A stretch of 64,000 nucleotides of DNA from assembly GCA_043821285.1 (NCBI GenBank), contig JBDRCZ010000027.1:18988-82987 (forward strand). Reading direction: 5' to 3'. Positions 47,675-55,591 of this stretch are shown one piece after another (positions within the stretch are counted from its first letter, which is position 1; each line of letters opens with the position of its first letter). A program made the position numbers and the translations under genes. The notes beneath the pieces are model-generated. The model was not told the origin of the DNA, made no database searches, and saw only the letters and a list, made by a program, of their open reading frames with translations. Origin of the DNA: Candidatus Omnitrophota bacterium. GTDB lineage: Bacteria; Omnitrophota; Gorgyraeia; B26-G9; JBDRCZ01.

Positions 47675-50600
47675 ATGAACAAGTCAGTACGGACAGTTTG
47701 GTTTAAGGTAATTGTGGTTATTTTAATTAATGCCTTTCTTTGTTTGGACATTGCATGGGCGGCTGGTGGTGATTTAAAGCGGATCTTCCCCCTAATTTTT
47801 CCCATAAAGAGTCTTAATACCCACCTTGCTCCTTCCTTAGCATTGGAAAAATCTACGGAAAGAGATAGTCTTGTTAGGGTATATGGGGGGGGTAAAGGAT
47901 GGTATAATATGGCGGTAAGAACAACAGAGACGGGTGGTCATACAGAGGCGGCTAATCAAGATAAGCCTGCTGCTACAGGAAATATTCTAACTTCATACAT
48001 TATTGCTAAAAATACATTTGTAGTATTTGCTGTAGGAGGTATTGCTATCATTCTCGCGCTTATCTTCAGCGGCTGTGTTTTTTCAGATCTTGCAAACTGG
48101 CTCGATAAAAATATCCAAAAAGGACTGATAGAATTTGTATTCATGGTCAGTTTCTTTTTTGATATATTTGCTATCATTGGGCTGTTAGCAAATTTTCGGC
48201 AGGGATTTGATACGTCTTCGTGGTATTATTCTGAAAGAAAAAGCTTAATAAAGCAAAAAACTGATGTTACGAATAGGTTGAGAGGCTTAATAAAGATTAA
48301 TGAAACGGCAGAACGAAGTATGGACTGGCCTTATGAGACGGAATTTGACCCGATTATAACGAGAGAGTTTCGCACCTTAAAAGATATAAGTGAACGTCTG
48401 CGCGGTTTTATTCCGCATGTATTAGACAGGGTAAAAATCTTGGGCCGGGACATAACAAAAGAGAAAATAGAAGGGAAAATTCTCCAATTACGGATTGATA
48501 CCAATAGCCGGATAAGACCCAAGGATGATGGTACCCATGAGCTAATCTATCCTAATGACCAAAGAATGACCGCTATTGTACGCTCAATTAAGGAACATCT
48601 TAGATATAATCCGCGCGGAATTGTTATTAATGGACATTTGGGCCGGCCGCAAGAACAAATACAACAAGTTATTAGAGAAACTATCCGAGATAACCCGAAT
48701 TGTTCACGAGAAATGATAGCTTTACTAGCAAAACTGATAATTGCTGAACGAAAACGTGATCCGGAAACTCTGGAACAAGTGTTAGATAATTCTGCTTATT
48801 ATCGTAGTATATTGCCAAAAGCAATAAGAGGTGAGCTTAATGGAGCGGGGTATACCGTAATAAAAGAAAAGATGAAAGAAGATATTGAGCAGATTGTTGC
48901 TGGTAGAGAGTTGGATACTATTTATGACCGGATAGAAGAAGAATTGCAAAGAGCATTGGGAAGGGAAATAAAAATCCAGAGGGCGCCGGATAGTATTGGT
49001 AGTGATGTGCAAGCGCAGATTGACGGTTTACAAAATGAGGCAATTCTCGGACTGCCAAATGTCAGGTTTCATGAAGAAGAGGAGATTTTTGCCGTAGGAG
49101 TCATGTTAGAGGAACTATTAACAAGTTTAGACAACGTTGGATATGTGCGTAACGACACAATACTCGAGTTTGAGGATAGAGTAAAACACCTCTATGACCG
49201 GTCACGGCTGTTCTTTGCTTTAGATGAGCTCAGCGCTATTGTAAGGAAATTAATCGGTGATGTTAATGAAGAGGAATTTAGTGGAATTGTTGATGATACA
49301 AGTCGGCTTTTCGAGGCTTTAGTCAACAATCAGTATATCACTGAACAAGGCGGCATTCTAGACAGATTTGGCAGGGTAAGAATATTTTCTGATATGCAAA
49401 TAGAAGGCTATACAGATGAGCAAAAAGAAAAAATTTTTAAGATTTTGCAAAACTGCCTAAAGAGAAATATAATTCAAAAACTTCAACAGGAAGAAACACA
49501 GAAAAGACTTAGAGAGATAAACAACGTCATTAAAGAAAAGGAAGAGGCATTTAGAAAGGAATTTTTTGCCGGGGCCGAGGTTTCCATAATGGATGCTCCC
49601 GGTCCTTTACTACGCAACCATGTCTCAATCGTAGGGCCTCCACAGAAATCAAATACTGAGCATGGGCTGGGTATTTTAGTAGCGGATGAACTGCGTTCTG
49701 TTGGCAATGCCAGAGAAAATCTGCAGGTAATGATTTTTGGCGGCGGAAATGATTTAATTGAAAAATTGATTTTAGTTGAAGGTATCGTGAAGAATACCTT
49801 ACAGCCAGGGGGAATGCTGGTTTTAGGCAGTAGTGCGGAAACTGCTTTTGTGCTAGAAAGAGCGGGTCCTGATAATAGAAGAAAAATTTGTATTAATAAT
49901 ACGGATGAAGAAATTGAGGAAATTATAAAAATAGTTAAAAGAATCGAAAACATTGCTAAGGCTAAGAAGATAACTATTCGTCACCCCATAGTTATAAAAG
50001 CTAGTAAAAGATCATCGGCAGAAATACTTAGTTTACTAAGAACTATTGGAATAGAGGAAGTTGAAGTTGTTAGAAAAGAAGAATTTTCAGAAATTGCCGC
50101 TGATATTGGTGAGGATACAGACAGACTTTTTAATCATTTGATACAATATGGTTATATTACACAAATTAGAAATGAGTATGGTTTAATAACAGATAAATTT
50201 AAAGGCTTAAAAGATCATGCGGGAATGGAGATAGATTTTTTATATGCGGATAAAAAACAAGAAATATATAATATTTTAAATAGGGTAAAACTTAGGGCGT
50301 CTGATGGATGGAGAGTTAGCCAAGGTCAAGGTGATTATGCATTAGATCTAATGGATGATGAAATTAATAGAATTATTATCGATATTCGTAAGGTATTAAA
50401 CGGTAATCCCAAGGGTTTAATCGTTATGCATGGGACAGTGGGGGTAACTGTTCAGCCGTTGCTTACCGGCACAGAGAAATTGCTAATGGGGCTTGCGGAG
50501 ATTTCAGAAGAGGGAACACCGGTAGTTGTCAGCGGAGCCAGTACTACAGAAGTGGCGAGGAGGCTCGGAATAGAATTAGGTCCAAACTCTCGTATTACCC

Positions 50601-51160
50601 CTTCCGGTATTTCAAATTTGCGGGTGTTAGGAGCGAACGATGAGCTTGATGTGCTCGCGTTAAGGTCCGCAGCAAGAAGTGATAAAAAAATAGAAGAGGC
50701 AGAGCAAAGAATAGTAAATGAAAAAAAATGGCAAGCAAGACGTACTATAGGCTTTTTGATGATGTTCTTAGCTTTCTCAGTAGGAGTTTACATATTAGGT
50801 ATTGGTATTATGAATTTTATTGAGACGCATAAGAATTTGACAGTTATTATAGGAATGCTGTTTTTTGCTATACCAATGGGTACTTGGTTTTCCCATAGAA
50901 AATACCATGGCTCCCTCCGGTATGCCTTTGAGCCATATTTAAGTGAGCAAGATAGTTCTCGAACATCGGACCACAGCTCTAATTCTGCTCCTTTTAGAAT
51001 AAATGATGGAACTAAGAGCTCACAGACTCGAAGATTGGGACACATTGATGAGAACGATGGTGCACATGATATGGGGGCAAAAGAGACACCGGTTATATCT
51101 CCACCAGCAATAACTCAAAGAGAATTAGTGGAGTTAAGAGCAATAGAAATGGCGATCTGA
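47675..51160 (+). CDS. Leader-family protein 2 (1,161 aa): shared leader, 2 TM helices near the N-terminus, large soluble region, 2 C-terminal TM helices; function unknown
   Basis: The ORF track starts at 47633. The preferred start is the ATG at 47675, MNKSVRTVWFKVIVVILINAFLCLDIAWAAGG, 5 nt after a GGAGG. Hydrophobic stretches are FVVFAVGGIAIILALIFSG, FMVSFFFDIFAIIGLLANF and, near the C-terminus, FLMMFLAFSVGVYILGIGIM and VIIGMLFFAIPMGTWF. No known catalytic motif was recognised. Confidence 0.85.
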   Translation: MNKSVRTVWFKVIVVILINAFLCLDIAWAAGGDLKRIFPLIFPIKSLNTHLAPSLALEKSTERDSLVRVYGGGKGWYNMAVRTTETGGHTEAANQDKPAATGNILTSYIIAKNTFVVFAVGGIAIILALIFSGCVFSDLANWLDKNIQKGLIEFVFMVSFFFDIFAIIGLLANFRQGFDTSSWYYSERKSLIKQKTDVTNRLRGLIKINETAERSMDWPYETEFDPIITREFRTLKDISERLRGFIPHVLDRVKILGRDITKEKIEGKILQLRIDTNSRIRPKDDGTHELIYPNDQRMTAIVRSIKEHLRYNPRGIVINGHLGRPQEQIQQVIRETIRDNPNCSREMIALLAKLIIAERKRDPETLEQVLDNSAYYRSILPKAIRGELNGAGYTVIKEKMKEDIEQIVAGRELDTIYDRIEEELQRALGREIKIQRAPDSIGSDVQAQIDGLQNEAILGLPNVRFHEEEEIFAVGVMLEELLTSLDNVGYVRNDTILEFEDRVKHLYDRSRLFFALDELSAIVRKLIGDVNEEEFSGIVDDTSRLFEALVNNQYITEQGGILDRFGRVRIFSDMQIEGYTDEQKEKIFKILQNCLKRNIIQKLQQEETQKRLREINNVIKEKEEAFRKEFFAGAEVSIMDAPGPLLRNHVSIVGPPQKSNTEHGLGILVADELRSVGNARENLQVMIFGGGNDLIEKLILVEGIVKNTLQPGGMLVLGSSAETAFVLERAGPDNRRKICINNTDEEIEEIIKIVKRIENIAKAKKITIRHPIVIKASKRSSAEILSLLRTIGIEEVEVVRKEEFSEIAADIGEDTDRLFNHLIQYGYITQIRNEYGLITDKFKGLKDHAGMEIDFLYADKKQEIYNILNRVKLRASDGWRVSQGQGDYALDLMDDEINRIIIDIRKVLNGNPKGLIVMHGTVGVTVQPLLTGTEKLLMGLAEISEEGTPVVVSGASTTEVARRLGIELGPNSRITPSGISNLRVLGANDELDVLALRSAARSDKKIEEAEQRIVNEKKWQARRTIGFLMMFLAFSVGVYILGIGIMNFIETHKNLTVIIGMLFFAIPMGTWFSHRKYHGSLRYAFEPYLSEQDSSRTSDHSSNSAPFRINDGTKSSQTRRLGHIDENDGAHDMGAKETPVISPPAITQRELVELRAIEMAI

Positions 51161-51254
51161 AAAATTTGACAACTGACAATTAGAAAATTCGAGGATTATA
51201 AGATTCAAAAAACATTTGGATTTATTTAGGATTTAAAAATGTATTTGGTGAGAT

Positions 51255-51352
51255 ATGTGTCAATTAAAGCAAAATATCTTATTTAAAATAATAGCGGTAG
51301 TACTGATAAATGCCTTTTTCTGTATGGATATTGCCTGGGGCCGGCCTATAGC
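51255..51352 (+). pseudogene. Decayed third copy of the shared leader (MCQLKQNILFKIIAVVLINAFFCMDIAW-), frameshifted and truncated; the rest of the 255-aa ORF is spurious read-through over the antisense brnTA
   Basis: The leader and 5' UTR (GTATTTGGTGAGATATG) are homologous to the copies at 47675 and 55592. After GCCTGGG the sequence loses ~25 nt relative to the paralogs, and the frame changes. The downstream ORF body overlaps two well-supported minus-strand genes. Confidence 0.6.
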
Positions 51353-51410
51353 ACTGCTTCACACCGATAGTATCGGAATTCCTGTTGGGAACTTAGTGAT
51401 TTATCTGCGA

Positions 51411-51683
51411 TTAGGAATGCCGGAGATGATGCCGTTCTTTAGCCAGGCGTTCACTGATCCAAGAACGGATAAGACTAAGATACCCCAGCCCCTTATCTGC
51501 AGCGATTTGTTTAAGAGATTTAATCTGCGGTGTATCCAAACGCAAGGAAATGAGTTTCTTTTTTGGACGAACAAATTCTGCTTTTGCTGGGGTGAGTTCT
51601 TCCAAAAATTCTGTGATGCTATGACGATCCCAGAATTTGCGTTCTTCCTCAAGAGACTTAAATTTTGGTATTTTTCTTTTCAT
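51411..51683 (-). CDS. brnA: BrnA-family antitoxin (CopG/RHH-type)
   Basis: 90 aa. The pattern KSLEEERKFWDRHSITEF ... ISLRLDTPQIKSLKQIAADKGLGYLSLIRSWISERL is typical of BrnA antitoxins. It lies immediately downstream of brnT. Confidence 0.8.
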   Translation of the reverse strand: MKRKIPKFKSLEEERKFWDRHSITEFLEELTPAKAEFVRPKKKLISLRLDTPQIKSLKQIAADKGLGYLSLIRSWISERLAKERHHLRHS

Positions 51684-51689
51684 AATTCG

Positions 51690-51956
51690 TTATCTCCTTT
51701 TGTAAAACTTTTGTTCAGCTTTCGACATTGCCCGCGCGGTAATTATTTTTGCGCTGTTTGTGCCGCGATACTCAAATATTATCGTCAGATATCTTCCGCT
51801 TTCTGTTTGCCCGAGGGCGAAATAGCGATAGTCTCGACTTTTCAAAATAAATGGTTTGCCTTCAAAACAAACCTCTTCTACTTCCCTGGGGTCAACGCCG
51901 TGTTTAGCGATATGCCAAATAGTATTTTCGTTCCACTCGATATGTGTAATTTTCAC
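51690..51956 (-). CDS. brnT: BrnT-family toxin (DUF497 ribonuclease toxin)
   Basis: 88 aa. MKITHIEWNENTIWHIAKHGV ... EVEEV matches BrnT/DUF497. A 6-nt gap separates it from the downstream antitoxin gene. Confidence 0.8.
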   Translation of the reverse strand: MKITHIEWNENTIWHIAKHGVDPREVEEVCFEGKPFILKSRDYRYFALGQTESGRYLTIIFEYRGTNSAKIITARAMSKAEQKFYKRR

Positions 51957-52338
51957 ACGTACACCTCAGTTAATAGTATATTTCGAAATACAAAAGATGT
52001 CAAGAGTTTTATGCAACGATAGGAAAATAGCAAGGACACAGTTAATTGCTTATTTTTTAACAACAAATCGCACATGTTGTACGGATTTTTAATATTTGTG
52101 TTATCTGAGCTATCTGTGGTTAAAAAGATTCTCCCGTAAAGCCGCAAGGTTTGCTTAAAGTAATACTTTTCAGTTATACTCAGTACTGCTACACCCATCT
52201 ATCCATGTGATCTACCCATATACTCATTCCCCCATCTTTTACAAAATTCAACTTTTATACAATATTTCAATTTTCTCTTGACCATACAAAAATTGTATGG
52301 TACATTAGATGTATGGTTTACGGCAGGAGGGATGCATA

Positions 52339-53469
52339 ATGGTAAAATTTCCCGTAGGCACACCAGTTATGGGAAAAGATTTAATTGGCCGTCGAGATGA
52401 GTTAAGGCAGTTAGAAGACTTGCTTGTTTCTGGACAAAGTGTCATTTTAACTTCTCCCCGGCGCTATGGGAAGACTTCAGTTTGCCTAGAATTGTTAAGC
52501 CGGCTTAAAAACAAAAAATATTTTGTGGTTTATTTAGATATTTTTTTGATTTTAAGTAAACGAAGATTTGCCGAGGAGATTGTAAACAAAACTCTTGAGA
52601 ATAAACAGGTTAGAAATTTTACGTATCAACTAAAAGAACGTTTTACAGAACTATTTCGTAAAATTGAGGTTAAACAGGTGATTAAAGATTTTGAATTCGT
52701 ATTATCGTTTAAAGATGAGAAGATAGATGAATGGGTTTTATTAAAATCTGCGTTGGAATTTCCAGAAGAATTTGCTAAAAAATACAAACGGAGAATGATT
52801 GTTATTATTGATGAATTTGGCGATTTGGCGAAATTAAATGGCGTGGAATTATTTAAATATATGCGGGCGATTTTTCAAAGACAGTCTTCCTGCAGTTATT
52901 TATTCACCGGAAGCCATGAAAGCATTATGAAAAAGCTTTTTTTTGATAAAAGACAGCCTTTCTTTCGTTTTGGCATTATGATGAAGTTAGACGTGTTACC
53001 AAAAAAAGAGACAAGTTTTTATATTAAGGAAAGGTTTAAACAAGCGGGATTAAAAATATCGGAGCGCGAAATTGATTATATTTTGCAGAAAAGTCACGCG
53101 CATCCTTATTATACGCAGCTTTTGTGTCAGAAGATATATTTTAGGATTTTGTCAAAAGGAAAAAATGAGATTAGCCAAGATGATATAGCAGAGGCATATC
53201 GGGAGGCGGTTATCACGGAGAAAGATTTTTTTGAAGAGCTTTGGATGGACTTAATGAGTAAGAAATATTATGCCAGGGTAGTTAAAGAACTTGTGTTGAA
53301 AGAAGGTCCTATTTATACAGTCGCGGATTTTAAAGGAGTAAATTTGGCAAGGATTCTCAAAAATTTAAGGGATAAAGGAATTATCGTAAAGGAAGATAAA
53401 AAATATAGTTTAAAAGACCATTTTTTCCAAGACTACATCAAAATACGTTTGCAGGGTAAGATGTTTTAA
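52339..53469 (+). CDS. AAA+ ATPase, archaeal-ATPase (PF01637-like) family
   Basis: The ORF track starts at 52309. The preferred start is the ATG at 52339, 6 nt after an AGGAGGG SD. Walker A is SPRRYGKTS and Walker B is IVIIDEF. The length and C-terminal region fit ATPase/DUF234-type proteins. Confidence 0.8.
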   Translation: MVKFPVGTPVMGKDLIGRRDELRQLEDLLVSGQSVILTSPRRYGKTSVCLELLSRLKNKKYFVVYLDIFLILSKRRFAEEIVNKTLENKQVRNFTYQLKERFTELFRKIEVKQVIKDFEFVLSFKDEKIDEWVLLKSALEFPEEFAKKYKRRMIVIIDEFGDLAKLNGVELFKYMRAIFQRQSSCSYLFTGSHESIMKKLFFDKRQPFFRFGIMMKLDVLPKKETSFYIKERFKQAGLKISEREIDYILQKSHAHPYYTQLLCQKIYFRILSKGKNEISQDDIAEAYREAVITEKDFFEELWMDLMSKKYYARVVKELVLKEGPIYTVADFKGVNLARILKNLRDKGIIVKEDKKYSLKDHFFQDYIKIRLQGKMF

Positions 53470-53759
53470 CATTTAAACCGTTGCGCTACGGTAAAAAATA
53501 ACATAGTAATGTAAAAATGGCAGCTTGTGTGGTATAATTATACTAGATCAATTACGTATTATAACTATGTATAAATATGGAGTATTGCGAGTGCCCCGTT
53601 GTGCGGAGCGGCTGTTCGGGGTATTGAGCATAAAAAATAAATAAAAAATTTTACTAGGACACGAAGAAAAACTGAAATAAATCAGACAAGATTAACCTAA
53701 TAGACAAGGAGAACTTTCCTTTATATACTTGTTGCTTGCCTATGTTGAGAGGTATAAGG

Positions 53760-54191
53760 ATGTACAGGCGGTATACCGCAGATATGCTGCGGTCTAATCT
53801 TCATGAGATTTTTGTTAAGTTTGCTGCGGTTTTAGTCCATCTTTTTGGTTCACAGGTCACAGGGCGCCTGGGACCAATGAGTGATGTAGATTTAGCCGTG
53901 CTTTGGGATGACAAAGAACAGCAGCCAATGATGAAAAGCCTTGCTTTACAAGAAGCAGTGAGAACTAAGCTTCAAGATGAAAAGTTTGAGATCGGCCCGC
54001 TTAATGAGCAGCCGCTTAGCTTCTGCTATAATGTGATTAAAGATGGGGTCTGCATCTTTGGTAAAGAGTCTGACCGTGTTAGATACGAAACATATATTCT
54101 CAATGAGTATTTAGATTTTTTGTATTTAGCTGAGGAATACAATAAGGCCTTTACAAAGGCTGTTTGTGAGGAAAAAAGAATTGATAAATAG
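53760..54191 (+). CDS. mnt: Minimal nucleotidyltransferase (MNT-type antitoxin of HepT/MNT systems)
   Basis: The ORF track starts at 53736. The preferred start is the ATG at 53760, 9 nt after a GAGAGG SD. GSQVTGRLGPMSDVDLAVL is the GS-x9-DxD NTase motif. The gene overlaps the downstream HEPN gene by 26 nt. Confidence 0.8.
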   Translation: MYRRYTADMLRSNLHEIFVKFAAVLVHLFGSQVTGRLGPMSDVDLAVLWDDKEQQPMMKSLALQEAVRTKLQDEKFEIGPLNEQPLSFCYNVIKDGVCIFGKESDRVRYETYILNEYLDFLYLAEEYNKAFTKAVCEEKRIDK

Positions 54192-54474
54192 AGAAGAGTT
54201 CTACCGGCGATTAGATGAAATAAGAGAGGCAGTTAACTTCTTAAGAAAAATAAAACAGGAGGACTTAGAAATAGAGGAGAAGTTTCTCTTGGCAAGGTAC
54301 GAGCTGCAGATTATCTTAGAGGCAATGTTTACCACCGGTAATCAAATTATTGCCAATAGCATACTTAGGAAGCCCACGGGTTATAAGGACATTTTAACAG
54401 TTCTATATGAAAATAAGATATTAGAGAAAGAATTATACGAGCAACTAATTCCCTTTGTCGGATTACGTGGTTAA
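54166..54474 (+). CDS. hepT: HepT-like HEPN (DUF86) toxin, apparently C-terminally truncated before the R-x4-6-H motif
   Basis: 102 aa. The protein ends ... LIPFVGLRG*, where DUF86 proteins normally continue ... VGFRNxxVHEY. Its gene order with the MNT gene is the typical HepT/MNT pairing. Confidence 0.65.
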   Translation: MRKKELINREEFYRRLDEIREAVNFLRKIKQEDLEIEEKFLLARYELQIILEAMFTTGNQIIANSILRKPTGYKDILTVLYENKILEKELYEQLIPFVGLRG

Positions 54475-55353
54475 ATTTTTGTTTTTTCTCTTTCTCTACA
54501 TTCGCTACATTTGATTATTCTTTTCTATCTTTTGTCCGGTTTGTTAATTTTTTTCTGCTTTTATAGTATTCTTTGCGTTCTTGGCGGCTTTGCGGGATGA
54601 TTTGTTGCAAAAATCTGCAAAATATTTCCAACCCTTTTTATTTGATGCATAGCTCTTTTTATATCAAACACTTACAACCCATCACACAAAACAGAGAAAT
54701 AAAAAAATCACAAAATACCCTTGAAATTTCCCAAAAATATGGTATACTTGTAAAATGCCTTATTTATAATAGATTTTAAATTTATTTACAAATAATTTAA
54801 CATATAAAAATCACAAATAATTGCAGGCGATAATCAAAAATGGGCCAAAAATAATAATATTGAATCCATTCAGATTTAATATCTCCCTGTTTAGGTTAGA
54901 AAACTCCCTTAAATTCCAGATTGTATAAATCTGGAAAGCTCTGTTTAAAAAGCTGATTGTTTATGCAAAGCGGGGTTGTTTTTGGCTAATTCGATAGGCA
55001 ACTCCTTTCAACACGATTAATTTTATCATACGCGGCAATAAAATAAAACGATTTTTTCTTGCAGCCTAAATACTTATACCTTTTTCTCCTGTGAACCATT
55101 ATTATTTTTGGCGCACTTTTCATTATTCCCTACACGCGCATATGATTCCATAGAGAGCAGGAAACAAAAATGCATCCCGCACGTATTTAGGATGATTGAA
55201 CGTTACTCAAGGGATGAAGATGAGATAAAGCCTTTTGTGAAGAACTGAAGGAGTTAATGAAATGTGTCGATCTATTTATTTAAACAGAGAAAGCACGTGA
55301 AAGATTACCTTATTCAGCGGGCGGATCTTATCGCAAAAGTAAAAAACGGGATT

Positions 55354-55425
55354 AGTATTGCGTATTGAGTATAAGAAATTAAAAAAATCAGACACGATTA
55401 ACTGGATATCAGGATAAAAAAACTT
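55354..55425. repeat. Composite upstream element: family B (AGTATTGCGTATTGAGTATAAGAAATTAAAAAAA) fused to family A (AATCAGACACGATTAACTGGATATCAGGATAAAAAAA)
   Basis: The same B-then-A arrangement occurs at 53581-53710, and in split form at 9661-9900. Confidence 0.6.
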
Positions 55426-55591
55426 AGTGTGCGGATAAAATTTTTGAATTTTAGTATGTCATTTTGATTTTTGGACTTCTCCTCCGAAGGCGGATCCGCC
55501 TCTGGCGGAGATTTTTGGATTAAATTTAGAAATTAGGTCAATTAGAGCAATTAGACATTAATTAGAAATTAAAGAGTGTATTTGGTGAAAT

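Noticed and set aside
51255-52022. Full-length 255-aa ORF starting with the shared leader
   Set aside because: Only the first ~28 codons are homologous to the paralogs. The remainder overlaps the convincingly BrnA/BrnT-like minus-strand genes and has no family features. It was therefore annotated as a leader remnant plus spurious read-through.
54573-54779. 68-aa ORF in the gene desert
   Set aside because: It has no RBS, low-complexity composition, and lies amid repeats. It is probably non-coding.
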